Assembly (NCBI GenBank): GCA_963674785.1 | Contig: OY771555.1 | Coordinates: 288,001-352,000 of the forward strand | Direction: 5' to 3' | Length of the DNA: 64,000 bases | Source: Caldisericia bacterium | Lineage (GTDB): Bacteria; Caldisericota; Caldisericia; JAAYUI01 | Shown here: in pieces, positions 36,478-47,414 of the stretch | Layout of the letters: each line of letters starts with the position of its first letter | Numbering within the stretch: the stretch's first letter is position 1 | The notes under the pieces: generated by a model | Told to the model about the DNA's origin: nothing | The model's database searches: none | Seen by the model: the letters and a program-made list of their open reading frames with translations, nothing else | Program-made: the position numbers and the translations under genes

Positions 36478-37386
36478 TCAAAAACCGAATAAATCACTCA
36501 AGTCTTCGATTTTTGGTGAATCAAAAACATGAAAATCATTTCGACCGCGGAGGAAAGAAAGTTGCCTTTTGGCATATCTTCTTGTAACCATCTTCATATT
36601 ATCAAGTGCCTCTTCCAAAGTCCAGTTTCCACAGAGATGCTCAAGAACTGATGGATAACCATGCGCCATTACCCTTCTGACATCGAATTCAAGCCCATCA
36701 TCTTTTAGTTTTTTGACTTCATCTAAAAAACCCATCTCAACCATCAGGTCAACACGCTTGTTTATTCGGCCATATAAAATGTCCCTTGGTCTTGTGATAG
36801 CTAAATTAATGTATTCATATGGCAGTCGATATTTTGTCTCAAAAATCTCTGACCTTGGTTTTCCAGTTATTTGATAAATCTCAAGTGAACGCACAATCCT
36901 TTTTGTATCATTTTCTGAAATCTTGTCAGCGGATGCTTTATCAACTTTCTTGAGTTCATCATGAAGTTTTTTCAAACCCTCATTTTCAACTCTTTCAAAA
37001 AGCTTACCTCGAATAACCTCATCGGCAGGAGGAGTAGGAGAAAAGCCATCAATCAGGCTTTGAATCCACATGTATGAGCCACCACAAACAATCGGAATTG
37101 AACCTCTATCAAGAATTTCTTTTATAAGAACATCTGCCTCCGCAAGAAATTTCGAGACATTGTAGTGTTCTTTCACTGAGATATGCCCAATGAGATGATG
37201 TGGAATGCCATCCATTTCGTCAGGTGTCGGTCTTGCAGTACCAATAAACAATTCCTTGTATATCTGCTGTGAATCAGCAGATATCACCTCACCATTTATC
37301 CTTTCGGCAAGCTCAACAGCAAGAGAGGTTTTTCCGCTGGCAGTAGGACCATATAAAATGACAACTTTCCCGACATAATCTAACAT
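36478..37386 (-). CDS. miaA: tRNA dimethylallyltransferase
   Basis: GPTASGKT, ISADSQQIY, IGTARP, PHHLI, TRRYAKRQ. Confidence 0.95.
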   Translation of the reverse strand: MLDYVGKVVILYGPTASGKTSLAVELAERINGEVISADSQQIYKELFIGTARPTPDEMDGIPHHLIGHISVKEHYNVSKFLAEADVLIKEILDRGSIPIVCGGSYMWIQSLIDGFSPTPPADEVIRGKLFERVENEGLKKLHDELKKVDKASADKISENDTKRIVRSLEIYQITGKPRSEIFETKYRLPYEYINLAITRPRDILYGRINKRVDLMVEMGFLDEVKKLKDDGLEFDVRRVMAHGYPSVLEHLCGNWTLEEALDNMKMVTRRYAKRQLSFLRGRNDFHVFDSPKIEDLSDLFGF

Positions 37387-37538
37387 TGATATTGGATTAT
37401 AATTCAGAAGATTGGTATTGGCAAGATTCCAAAAAATCAACAAACTGTAAATACTCCCTTTAGTATAAGGATTTCTTGATTCTTTACCAAAATGAAAAAC
37501 TGGCTATAATAGATAATTGTGATAATGGAGTTTTTATT

Positions 37539-38072
37539 ATGAATAAAATGAGCGTACCAAGGGCAGTCGTTGTCTGTACTGCTTTTCTAATTTTTTCTAT
37601 TCTTTTTTCTGTTTTTGTGTTTGGCGGTGTTCCCGTTGGTCCAATCCTTGAATACGAAAAACCCCTGATTGAAGCATGGATTTCATGGAACAATCTTAAC
37701 TATATTGGTGATTATTGTGACACGATTTATGGCGGTGAAAAGCCTTCATATGATACAACTGAAGGAAAATACAACTACATCAGAAGCAATCATCGAGATC
37801 GACCTTGGCTAAAAATCGACAAAAACTGGCTTTCGAATCTCTCAGATTTTGAGAAGCCCAGGCTCAATTTATGGATACTGATCAATAACTTCAATGAATT
37901 TGGGGATCATATCGATACCCTTTATATCGGTGGAACACCCCTGTTTAACGAACAAACAGGGACAGAGGTTTCATATGATGAGTACATACTAACAAAATTC
38001 CCGGAAAGACCGTGGAATGATGAAAAGTATTACTCATCACCTTCAAAACCGGAGGAAATAAAGAATGAATGA
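37539..38072 (+). CDS. Membrane-anchored hypothetical protein with an internal duplication
   Basis: GGAG RBS; TM helix; two repeats of NxxNxxGDxxDTxYxGxxP...YI...RPW. Confidence 0.75.
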   Translation: MNKMSVPRAVVVCTAFLIFSILFSVFVFGGVPVGPILEYEKPLIEAWISWNNLNYIGDYCDTIYGGEKPSYDTTEGKYNYIRSNHRDRPWLKIDKNWLSNLSDFEKPRLNLWILINNFNEFGDHIDTLYIGGTPLFNEQTGTEVSYDEYILTKFPERPWNDEKYYSSPSKPEEIKNE

Positions 38073-38466
38073 AAATCCAATTGGGAAAAAAGTGCTTGTT
38101 GTCGAAGACGAATTGGCAATAGCAAAGCTCATAAAGTATGTCTTAGAAAATGCCGGATTTGAGGTCACACTTATTCACGAAGGAAACAAGGTTCTCTCAA
38201 CCATTTCAGAAACTAATCCAGATATCATGGTACTTGATCTTATGCTTCCAGTTCTTTCAGGTTATGACATCCTAACTCAAATGGAAGAAAAAGGAATCCT
38301 TGAATCAACTCCGGTTATTGTGCTGACATGCCGTGGACAAGAAGAAGACAAGACAAAAGCAATGCGACTTGGAGCATCTGAATTCATGACAAAACCATTT
38401 TCTCCATCCGGTCTTGTTGCAGTCATAAACTCTGTTTTAAACAAAAGCGGTGAAATTCATGGATAA
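38065..38466 (+). CDS. Single-domain response regulator (CheY-like receiver)
   Basis: VLVVEDE, VLDLMLP (phospho-Asp), VLT, KPFS. Confidence 0.93.
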   Translation: MNENPIGKKVLVVEDELAIAKLIKYVLENAGFEVTLIHEGNKVLSTISETNPDIMVLDLMLPVLSGYDILTQMEEKGILESTPVIVLTCRGQEEDKTKAMRLGASEFMTKPFSPSGLVAVINSVLNKSGEIHG

Positions 38467-40042
38467 TAATGACCTAATCCTTGAAGAACTCGCAAACGCA
38501 TATGAACAGTTAAATATCTTTTACAACTGGTATGAAAAAATCTTCACCGGTATCAACTCTCAGAAAAAGCTTAGTGAAGCACTCTCAAATATTGCCAGAG
38601 CGACAAAGTCTCTTTGTGTGCTTTCGATATCAATTGGTAGAGGTCAAAGCCTGAAAGTTAACTCCTCATGGACATCATCAATTGATCTTGAAAAGATATT
38701 AGCTACTGAGCTCGAATCAAGAATCAATGAGCTCGAATCAAAACTTGTATCTCAAAGCAAACTTTCAATCACACTAGAACTTGATGGTAAGACTTTCTAC
38801 GCATTGGTTGTCCCATGGAAAACCAGAAGAGTAATCCATGGAATGTTCGTGTTCATAAAAGACAGTATGCCTTACAATGTCAGCGAACAGGTACTTCTAT
38901 TCAATACCTCAATTCAACTTGGTGTTCTTATGGATAGTGCAGACCTTGATTCCACAATTGAAAAAAACAACCAGGAACTTGCATCAATTCTCACAAAGGA
39001 TATTGCCGAGTTTGACTCCATTTTTAAACTCTTTGAAGAAAACACAAAACAAGGATATGAATTGTTTTCCGAAACAGACATACCCGAAGATACTAAGATA
39101 TATCTTATAGACACACATAAATGGGAGATCTTTTCATCAACGGAAAAGGATTATCAGGGAAAGGCGATAACTGAAATCATTCCAAGCGGAATTATCGATC
39201 GGATTAAAGAGGGAAAAGACTATAATGATTCGCTGCCAAATGGTGACTTGATATTGGTGAATTCAGTAAAAGATGAGAACCGAAGACACGTTGGATCATT
39301 CGTATTCATACACAAAACAGAGGCTGATAAAAAAGATATAGATAAACTTGCAAGATTCTGCAGAAGTCTTTTGATAAGAAAAGATTACAACACAAAGGCT
39401 CTTGAGTCTCTATCAAATATCTACATATCCAGACTGATTTCAATGTCAAAACTTGTTGATGCGATGCATCCAACTCTTTCAAGGAGACTATCAAACATCA
39501 ACCTTGTTTTAAAGCAGATGGGCAAAGCTCTAAGTCTCTCTGCTGACCAGATTGAGATACTTCTTGTTTCAGCAAAGCTTCTCGATGTGGCGTTAATCTA
39601 CCTTGATTACGAGACACTTGAGCGATATCTGATTCACGGCACACACACTCTGAATTCGGGGATACTTAGAAAGATACATGACCACCCAATAAAATCCGCA
39701 CATCTTCTCAGGTACCTACCAAAACTTAGAGAATGCATTCCTGTGATCGAAACGCACCACGAGAGGTGGGATGGACTTGGTTATCCAAATGGATTATCCG
39801 GAGAAAACATTCCTTACTTGGCAAGAATTCTTCATCTTGCCCAATCTCTTGCATTCAGAACAGAAAACCACTTCACTGACGCACTTGATATGTTACGTGA
39901 AAAAACAGAAGTTGGATGGCTCACAAGACAAGGCGGTAGGGCATTTGATCCACGTCTTGTTAAAGCTCTGCTTATTTCTCTCGGGTATCCTGTTTCTGAA
40001 GAACTTGAGCAAAGAATCTCCAAGCTGGATAAAAAAATATAA
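38459..40042 (+). CDS. GAF-like plus HD-GYP domain protein with degenerate HD motif
   Basis: HHERWDGLGYPNGLSGENIP, FDPRLV; LLDVA replaces LHDIG. Confidence 0.8.
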   Translation: MDNNDLILEELANAYEQLNIFYNWYEKIFTGINSQKKLSEALSNIARATKSLCVLSISIGRGQSLKVNSSWTSSIDLEKILATELESRINELESKLVSQSKLSITLELDGKTFYALVVPWKTRRVIHGMFVFIKDSMPYNVSEQVLLFNTSIQLGVLMDSADLDSTIEKNNQELASILTKDIAEFDSIFKLFEENTKQGYELFSETDIPEDTKIYLIDTHKWEIFSSTEKDYQGKAITEIIPSGIIDRIKEGKDYNDSLPNGDLILVNSVKDENRRHVGSFVFIHKTEADKKDIDKLARFCRSLLIRKDYNTKALESLSNIYISRLISMSKLVDAMHPTLSRRLSNINLVLKQMGKALSLSADQIEILLVSAKLLDVALIYLDYETLERYLIHGTHTLNSGILRKIHDHPIKSAHLLRYLPKLRECIPVIETHHERWDGLGYPNGLSGENIPYLARILHLAQSLAFRTENHFTDALDMLREKTEVGWLTRQGGRAFDPRLVKALLISLGYPVSEELEQRISKLDKKI

Positions 40043-40077
40043 AACCAGAATTCAAAGTTGGGGTTGGGGTATAAGAT

Positions 40078-43000
40078 ATGAAAATTATTCTTGCAATTAT
40101 CATAACGGTTATTTCTGTTATATCACCAATAGGTGATATCGAAACTACAGATAACCCAACACTTGACCCCGTTTTTTCCGAGTTTGCACCATCATTCGAT
40201 GACACCTTGTCCTTTGAGAACATCCCACAAGATGGATGGGGAGAACATACATATCCTCATATCTGGTTATCTATGAATGAGGGGAAGCAAAAAAAATTCC
40301 ACCTGGGTTATTACAAAGGTAATATCGACTTTGATGGACATGGCTTGGTTTTTTTACAAATCGGTGCGGCCAACTATCTATCCAAACTTTGGGTAAACGG
40401 AAACCCAGCCGGAACACACATGGGAGGATTCCTTCCATTTGAGTTTGATATTACTGAACTCCTTCATGAGGGACAAAATGAAGTCATACTGGGTGTGAGG
40501 GACTATACAGCTTGTTTTAACCCCAACATTGAAAATCCAACCCTTGAAACAGATGATGCTCTTATTTTTCCGATAGGCTCAGCAATTCAGCTTGCAGGTC
40601 TATGGCTTCCATCAAAAATCATCAGAAGACCGCGATTGTATGTTTCAAATTGCTGGATAGATACAAATTTGACTGAGAAGAGTGTCGCAATCAAAGTCGA
40701 TGTCAATTCGAAGCTTCCCGAGGAAATTGATTGCGATGTCTCATGCCATATTGAGTTGTTGTCAGGTGAGAAAATCCTCGATCTTGGAACATCAAAAATC
40801 ACCATCGCAAGGAATTGTGGTGTTGCAGATTTTTCTAAAGAATGGACAAACCCAAAACTCTGGAGTCCAGAGAATCCGAATCTTTACAGATGCGTAATCA
40901 GGATATTTCTAGAAAACACTGTAATTGATGAAAAGATCGAACAATTTGGATTCCGAGAATTCAAAATTGTGGGCTCAGATTTCTATCTGAATGGCACAAA
41001 AATCCACCTTCGAGCAGCATCAAAGCATCTTTGGAATCGGGGTAACATTACAGCACCGATAGACCTTTTTGCCAAGAGTCTGATTAATGAGGCAAAATCT
41101 TTGAATTGTAATACGCTTCGGCTTCATGCAAACCCATTCCCAGAGGTTTTTCTAAAATACGCTGATGAAAAAGGAATCCTGATTGTGAATGAATCGGCCG
41201 CATTCACAAGGGGTAATTTTTATGATCTTGATTCAGAGCTCTTTTGGCTAAACCTCAGAAATAACTGGGATGATCAGATTGAAAGAGACTATAACCATCC
41301 ATCCTGGGTGATCGCATCAATTGAAAACGAGTTGCTTCTTTCTGGTGGAAAAAATTCAGAAAAAGCAGAGGAAAAACTTGTAAGACTGGGTAAATATGTA
41401 AAAGAGATGTCAAAAAGGCATATCATGTTTGAGGGAGACGGTGACCCAGGTGGATCATCCGACATAATCAATCTGCACTACAGCTATGAACCAACAGCAC
41501 ACCACACCTATCCACAGGGAGCATTTTTCCTTGATAGTGAATTCCTCATCCAATCATATCCCAGAGAAAATTTCAAATGGAACAGGGAAAAACCAATCTA
41601 CATAGGTGAATTTCTGTGGCTTCCAGATGTAGTACATGCCGGGGCTGTTGCTCTTGGTGACAGCTTCCTTGATGATACCTACAATAACAGACTGCTTGCA
41701 AAATCAAAGCTTTTTGAGTTCTACGTAAAAGCATTCAGATTGCAGGGAGTGTCTGCCATGAATCCATGGAACCCTCTTGAGGATTTCACAGATGAAAACA
41801 CAACTGTCCCAGAGACGACAAAAGAGCTTTTTAAACCAGTCAGATTCTTTGTTTCTCAGGTTGATGTCCATCATTTCGAGAGAAGAGAGTTATTCAAGAC
41901 AATCACAATTCAAAACTGGTCTGAAAAACCAAAAACCCTGAGCTTTAAATGGGAATTTGAGAAACAATCTGGAAGCTGGGAAGGGCTTCTAAACCCATAC
42001 GAAGAAAAGATGATGAATATCAAATTGGATTTACCCGAGACAAAAGAAAAAACATCACAAAACCTTATGATGACTTTGTTATCTGGTGTTGAGGTACTCC
42101 ACCAAGAATCACAAGAGATACTCATATACCCAGAAAAATCTGCAGAATCAGAATTTGTGCTTGTAGGAAAAAACAGAAGTTTTGAAGAAGACCTGAGGAA
42201 TCTGGGTTATAGATTTGAAACATATCAAAATCTGACGGAGCTTACAGAAAAAGGCAAATCCAATCTTCCAGTTGTTTTTGCCCCAAATTCGTTTGAGGAA
42301 AATGACCAAATCCAGGAACTGCTAGCGAAAAATCAAAAGAAATACTTGGTTCTTTATCCACAGAAAGAAGACCCTATCGACATCTTAAGCTCAATGAATG
42401 ATACCGATTTCGCAAAGGTATTCCCTCAAAATGGGTTTACAATAACAAGCTGGGTCAGAGATTTTGGTGACTTTAAAACTTATGAACTAATGGAGTTTTT
42501 TGCTGGGGATAATATAATTGCAAAAGACGCGTTTTCTCTTACACCAAACTTCCCAATGATACCGGTTCTTGCTGCCGACTCCGGCTACAAACAATTCTAC
42601 CCAATTCTTGAAGTTCCTGGATTTGGATTTGTTTCATCAATTGCGTTTTCTGAAAAAATGAGTTCTGAACCAAGATGTTCAATTATTTTTTCAGAGCTTA
42701 TTTCTTCCCTCTCAGACACAGATGAGCCTAAAAGCATTGCACTCATAAGCGATGAATCTGGAAAAGAGATTCTTAAAAAAAACGGTTTTGCCGCTAATGG
42801 AAAACCTGGTGAAGAAGCTGTTTATTATTTCAAGAACACAACTCAACTTACAGAATCAGCTATAAAAAAAATGAATGCTGGCTCAACAATAATTTTGGAC
42901 AGATTCAATGAGGATGAACTGAAAAAACTTGGGATTGATTGCAATATTATCTCAACACCAAAGCTCTTTTCTCCAGAGATTAAGTTAAACAAAAGCATTT

Positions 43001-43302
43001 TCCCGTCACTTACACATGGAATGATTACCGATTCAACCAGATTCAAATTCCATTTCATGCAACTGAATATGAATCCGCTTGGAGATAGTCTGATATCGGA
43101 AATATCAAAAACTGATTATGATATCAGATGGGTTGTTCCCAACTATCTGGCTTTGCTGTCATCAAACTCTAAACCAAACTTCCTCATAAACATGATGGAA
43201 TGGGGTGACGAACGGATGATCCCACTTCACTCAATCCTGATTGACCTTGGAGTTGATACCCAATTTGAAGAAACAATGAAAAATAACAACAAACAGGATT
43301 GA
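40078..43302 (+). CDS. Secreted glycoside hydrolase family 2
   Basis: HMGGFLPFEFDIT, PKLWSPENPNLY, FGFREF, RDYNHPSWV...ENE (acid/base), IGEF (nucleophile). Confidence 0.88.
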   Translation: MKIILAIIITVISVISPIGDIETTDNPTLDPVFSEFAPSFDDTLSFENIPQDGWGEHTYPHIWLSMNEGKQKKFHLGYYKGNIDFDGHGLVFLQIGAANYLSKLWVNGNPAGTHMGGFLPFEFDITELLHEGQNEVILGVRDYTACFNPNIENPTLETDDALIFPIGSAIQLAGLWLPSKIIRRPRLYVSNCWIDTNLTEKSVAIKVDVNSKLPEEIDCDVSCHIELLSGEKILDLGTSKITIARNCGVADFSKEWTNPKLWSPENPNLYRCVIRIFLENTVIDEKIEQFGFREFKIVGSDFYLNGTKIHLRAASKHLWNRGNITAPIDLFAKSLINEAKSLNCNTLRLHANPFPEVFLKYADEKGILIVNESAAFTRGNFYDLDSELFWLNLRNNWDDQIERDYNHPSWVIASIENELLLSGGKNSEKAEEKLVRLGKYVKEMSKRHIMFEGDGDPGGSSDIINLHYSYEPTAHHTYPQGAFFLDSEFLIQSYPRENFKWNREKPIYIGEFLWLPDVVHAGAVALGDSFLDDTYNNRLLAKSKLFEFYVKAFRLQGVSAMNPWNPLEDFTDENTTVPETTKELFKPVRFFVSQVDVHHFERRELFKTITIQNWSEKPKTLSFKWEFEKQSGSWEGLLNPYEEKMMNIKLDLPETKEKTSQNLMMTLLSGVEVLHQESQEILIYPEKSAESEFVLVGKNRSFEEDLRNLGYRFETYQNLTELTEKGKSNLPVVFAPNSFEENDQIQELLAKNQKKYLVLYPQKEDPIDILSSMNDTDFAKVFPQNGFTITSWVRDFGDFKTYELMEFFAGDNIIAKDAFSLTPNFPMIPVLAADSGYKQFYPILEVPGFGFVSSIAFSEKMSSEPRCSIIFSELISSLSDTDEPKSIALISDESGKEILKKNGFAANGKPGEEAVYYFKNTTQLTESAIKKMNAGSTIILDRFNEDELKKLGIDCNIISTPKLFSPEIKLNKSIFPSLTHGMITDSTRFKFHFMQLNMNPLGDSLISEISKTDYDIRWVVPNYLALLSSNSKPNFLINMMEWGDERMIPLHSILIDLGVDTQFEETMKNNNKQD

Positions 43303-43360
43303 CATTGGATGAAATGAGTACTAAGTTCAAAGAACAATTTTCGGAGGAGTCATAGAAAAA

Positions 43361-44533
43361 ATGATCGATGAAAAAATATATGTCGCATCAGAATCAGTGA
43401 CAGAAGGTCATCCAGACAAGGTTTGTGATTCTATTTCGGATGCAGTTTTGGATAAGATTTTATCTCATGACAAAAAAGCACGTGTTGCCTGTGAGACATT
43501 TGTTGGTCTTGGGCTCATACTTGTTGGTGGGGAGATAACAACAGATACGTACGTTGACCTGCACTCGATTGTAAGAGACAGACTCACTCAAATCGGATAC
43601 ACAGAACCATGGCTCAAATTCACAGCAAACACTGTGGGTGTGTTAAATGCGATTGGACATCAATCACCAGATATTGCCCAGGGAGTAGACACTGGTGGGG
43701 CTGGAGACCAGGGAATGATGTTTGGTTTTGCAACAAAAGAAACACCGGAACTCATGCCAATGCCGATTCATTATGCACACAAAATCACAAAAAGACTATC
43801 GGACGTAAGAAAAGATGGCACTATCCCATGGCTTGGTCCAGATGGGAAAAGTCAGGTTGTAGTTGAATATGTCAATGGTAAACCAACAAAGATAAAATCA
43901 ATAGTTCTTAGTGCTCAGCATAATGAAGATGTACTTGATAAAAACGATCCATCTCAGATTTCAATGGATGCTAAAGAGCTCCTGAAAAAAGAAGTGATAT
44001 CGAAGGTAATTCCTGATGAACTTCTCTGCAAGGATGTAATATACTACATCAATCAGACTGGAAAATTTGTTGTTGGTGGCCCGGTTTCAGATGCTGGAGT
44101 TACCGGAAGAAAAATAATAGTCGATACCTATGGTGGCGCATGCCCTCATGGTGGTGGAGCATTCTCTGGGAAAGACCCGACAAAGGTTGACAGGTCTGCA
44201 GCCTACATGACTAGATACATCGCAAAAAACATAGTAAAAGCTGGGCTTGCAGACGTTTGCCAGGTTGAGATTTCTTATGTGATTGGAAGAGCCGATCCAA
44301 CCCATTTTGCCGTGAGGACTTTTGGGACTGGAAAAGTCAGCAGTAAAACCCTCGAAGATACTGTTGAGGAACTTGTTGATCTCAGACCTCGTGGAATTAT
44401 CGAACACCTAGACCTTCTCAGACCAATATACTCCTTCTCAACAAACTATGGCCATTTTGGTCGTGAGATTCCTGAACTTACCTGGGAGGATACCTCCTGG
44501 CTTGCACCAAAACTTGCTGAGAAACTACTTTGA
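43361..44533 (+). CDS. metK: S-adenosylmethionine synthetase
   Basis: [44 protein letters not shown]. Confidence 0.98.
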   Translation: MIDEKIYVASESVTEGHPDKVCDSISDAVLDKILSHDKKARVACETFVGLGLILVGGEITTDTYVDLHSIVRDRLTQIGYTEPWLKFTANTVGVLNAIGHQSPDIAQGVDTGGAGDQGMMFGFATKETPELMPMPIHYAHKITKRLSDVRKDGTIPWLGPDGKSQVVVEYVNGKPTKIKSIVLSAQHNEDVLDKNDPSQISMDAKELLKKEVISKVIPDELLCKDVIYYINQTGKFVVGGPVSDAGVTGRKIIVDTYGGACPHGGGAFSGKDPTKVDRSAAYMTRYIAKNIVKAGLADVCQVEISYVIGRADPTHFAVRTFGTGKVSSKTLEDTVEELVDLRPRGIIEHLDLLRPIYSFSTNYGHFGREIPELTWEDTSWLAPKLAEKLL

Positions 44534-44564
44534 TAAGTATTTGTATTATTAACTGAGGTAAAAC

Positions 44565-45572
44565 ATGAAAAAAAATATAGCATTGTTGGTGATATGTATC
44601 CTTGTTCTTTCGTTTCTGACGGTTTCTTGTGGAAAAGATGAAACATCTGTAACAAAGAATCCAGGTGAAAAAACTGTCGGAGACTACACATACAAAGAAC
44701 CCGAAGTAAAAGCAGTTGATGAGACACCCACGATTGAATCTCAGCTTGCAAGCAATGAAGTAGACGAGACCGGTAGAGCAGAGGTTGACACAAGATATGT
44801 ACCAGGAAAAGGTGCTGTCTCAATTCCATCGACTTTAAAAGTGCATTTACTCGATCTTCCTGGGAATCCTGTTTTGATACACGATAAAACCTTTGCAATC
44901 CTTTACGGCGCAAGCAATAGCGAGAATGGACAAGAAGTAGCCAACTACCTCAAGCAAGAAGAGGTTGAAGGTTTGAAATATATGCTGATCCCATCAAATG
45001 ATCCAGAGTCATTTGGGGGAATCCCGACAGTATTGTCTGAAATCCCAACTGGGTACCTCTGTGGCTTCGGTTACAGATCAGGGGCAGACATCCGCAATCT
45101 CTATATCGAGGCAACCAAGAATAAAGCTTTCAGAGAAGACAAAAGCGCTGGGGCAATCTGGTACGAAAACGGTACAGAATTCGAGATTCTATACCCAATG
45201 AGTTCTGATTTGACAGATGATCCAACTGACTCAACAATGGTTTTAAGATTCCAAAAAGGTAACATTTCTTTTCTCGTTACAGGTGATATTTCAGAAAAAG
45301 CTGAAAGGAAAATGCTTGAGCGAAGAAAACTTCGCCCTACAGATATTTTGATTGCAACCAATGGTGCACCCGAAGGAAGCATGAGCGAAGATTTCCTAAA
45401 AATCCTAGACCCAAAAGAAATCATTGTCGGTAGAAGAGGTGAAGGTGAAAACCTTGAGGCAATACCAGGGGATCCAAAAATGGTTGAGGAACTTGGCGAT
45501 ATTGTCATGCAGTGTAATGGTAAGAAATACTCATATCTAATGCTGCCTGATGAGGAGCAGAAAACCCCTTAA
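44565..45572 (+). CDS. Lipoprotein with ComEC/Rec2-type metallo-beta-lactamase fold, metal motif degenerate
   Basis: Lipobox TVSC; STMVLRF...SFLVTGDI...AERKML; PSNDPESFGG in place of the HxHxDHxGG motif. Confidence 0.75.
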   Translation: MKKNIALLVICILVLSFLTVSCGKDETSVTKNPGEKTVGDYTYKEPEVKAVDETPTIESQLASNEVDETGRAEVDTRYVPGKGAVSIPSTLKVHLLDLPGNPVLIHDKTFAILYGASNSENGQEVANYLKQEEVEGLKYMLIPSNDPESFGGIPTVLSEIPTGYLCGFGYRSGADIRNLYIEATKNKAFREDKSAGAIWYENGTEFEILYPMSSDLTDDPTDSTMVLRFQKGNISFLVTGDISEKAERKMLERRKLRPTDILIATNGAPEGSMSEDFLKILDPKEIIVGRRGEGENLEAIPGDPKMVEELGDIVMQCNGKKYSYLMLPDEEQKTP

Positions 45573-45612
45573 GCATTGACTAAGCTCTGTCATTCAAGTA
45601 GTATTACCATTT

Positions 45613-47082
45613 GTGGATAAAGATTTAGAAGTCTCAATCAAGATTGCGGAGAGATCACCATACAGGCTTTCACTTAAGGTGATTGTTTCCGGCTCTGCCA
45701 TGAGTCAGGGAGAGCTTGATGTCTCATACAGACTTCTGATGGAATGCCTCACATTTCTCCCGGGATACCTGCCAGCTCAAAGATTGATTTCTGTAAACAG
45801 AGTTCTTGCAAGGGACAATGAAGCTGCTCTTCAAGAATTCAACCACCTTCTTTCTCTAAATCCCTCATCTGAGATTGGAATGTTCGGTTCATCCATACTC
45901 CTTATTGAGTCGGGAAGGGGTCAGCTTGCAAGAGAGAACCTGCTTGAGCTCACCGAACACGGCATCTTTGGTGAGACCGCCAAAAAGCTTTTACATACTA
46001 TTGATAATGATGAAGGTTTATCCGACTCCAATTATAAAAAACAAGCCTCAGTACTGATACGAGAACACGAAAAAACAGCGCACGACATGCTCAAAGAGCT
46101 TGGGAATGGCTCTGAAAACATCCGGCTAAAACTTGTTTTAGCCGAGCTTCTGCTTGACCGAGGCGAAAAGAAAACGGCCATGGGCATACTAAGACGGTTG
46201 AAGGATAGCCACCCTAACTACCCAGACCTTCTAAGTATTCTTGCAAAACTGACAGGGAACGAAAACTCAGAAAAGGCAAGCTTCATATACCAGACTATTC
46301 TTGATATTCAACCAACATACCCTCTATCTGATGAAGTCATGTCATCACTAGATTTGAGATATGGCAACATGGACGATATTCCTGCAATCTCGGAACTTGA
46401 CACATGGTGCGAGACTGTACTAGTGCAGTACGCAAATCAGCATGTTATCCCAGGCTACGTTCCACCAAAAACTCCAAAAAAAGTGGAGCCTATTGAACAG
46501 TTAAAGGTGGAAACTGAAGAAATCCCAGTAAACTCAGATCCTGTTGTTTTTGTTAGTGATCCAACAGAAGAAACTCAGGAAGAAGCCAGGGAAATAGTCG
46601 CTGAAACCAAAGAAGAACCGAAAAAAGAAGTCGAACTTGACCTTAATTCAGTTGACTCTCATCAACTCCAAAGAGCTCGAACAATACTTGAGCAAGCAAG
46701 AAAAATCCTTGACCAAACAAAAAATGCACCTGCAAAAGAAACTCCCACAAAAGAACCTGAGAAGATAAAACAAACTGAAAAAGAATCGATTATACCAGAA
46801 CAAATAAAACCCCAGATAGAAGAGATAAAACAGGTCGAGGAAGTCGTCATGCCTGATACATCAGTTCCAACTCAACCTGAAACCAAAGAAGAGATATTTT
46901 ATGATGAGGAAGAAACGTTTTTCGATGAAAACATCCCGCAAAGGATAGTGCTTCCAACATCTGAAACTGAAAACGAATATTCGGAAGAGAGTGCCTGGAA
47001 TCTGCTCAAAGAAGGACAGGCTGAGGAAGCTTTCTTTATGTTTTCAAAACTGATACAAAAAATGACAGGAAGTGACGACTGA
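45613..47082 (+). CDS. Tetratricopeptide-repeat protein with acidic low-complexity linker
   Basis: TPR-like helices (LAELLLDRGEKKTA...HPNYP); Glu/Pro/Lys-rich C-terminal half. Confidence 0.7.
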   Translation: MDKDLEVSIKIAERSPYRLSLKVIVSGSAMSQGELDVSYRLLMECLTFLPGYLPAQRLISVNRVLARDNEAALQEFNHLLSLNPSSEIGMFGSSILLIESGRGQLARENLLELTEHGIFGETAKKLLHTIDNDEGLSDSNYKKQASVLIREHEKTAHDMLKELGNGSENIRLKLVLAELLLDRGEKKTAMGILRRLKDSHPNYPDLLSILAKLTGNENSEKASFIYQTILDIQPTYPLSDEVMSSLDLRYGNMDDIPAISELDTWCETVLVQYANQHVIPGYVPPKTPKKVEPIEQLKVETEEIPVNSDPVVFVSDPTEETQEEAREIVAETKEEPKKEVELDLNSVDSHQLQRARTILEQARKILDQTKNAPAKETPTKEPEKIKQTEKESIIPEQIKPQIEEIKQVEEVVMPDTSVPTQPETKEEIFYDEEETFFDENIPQRIVLPTSETENEYSEESAWNLLKEGQAEEAFFMFSKLIQKMTGSDD

Positions 47083-47414
47083 TGAGCCTTGAAAAAATCG
47101 AGAGCCTGAACGGGTTTAGGGATTTATTAATCCTTGACTCTGATGGCAAAATCGAATACCAAAACTCAAGGAAGAAATCGATCATCACCCCTGGTGTTCT
47201 TTCGGGATACCTCGCATCGGCATTTACAATTGCCGAAAACACATCTCTTGCCTTTGTTGGAAGCTCAATGGAGCTTTCCTTTGATGGAGAGAATGGTTCT
47301 GTTCTTGTGATGCACAGCGGAACCCATTATTTTTTCTTGATACTTGATGGAACACCGTCAATGGGAATCGCAAGACTCAAATTACGTGAGCTTGTGGATG
47401 AGTATGAATCATGA
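47082..47414 (+). CDS. Roadblock/LC7 (MglB-like) protein
   Basis: LNGFRDLLILDSDG...FDGENGSVLV...MGIARLKL pattern. Confidence 0.7.
   Translation: MSLEKIESLNGFRDLLILDSDGKIEYQNSRKKSIITPGVLSGYLASAFTIAENTSLAFVGSSMELSFDGENGSVLVMHSGTHYFFLILDGTPSMGIARLKLRELVDEYES

Noticed and set aside
36324-37386. Functional coupling of miaA with the adjacent tRNA-Ser (A36-A37-A38)
   Set aside because: The tRNA has its own promoter; adjacency alone is not evidence of coupling.
43303-43360. SAM riboswitch upstream of metK
   Set aside because: The intergenic region is only 58 nt and lacks SAM-I core motifs.
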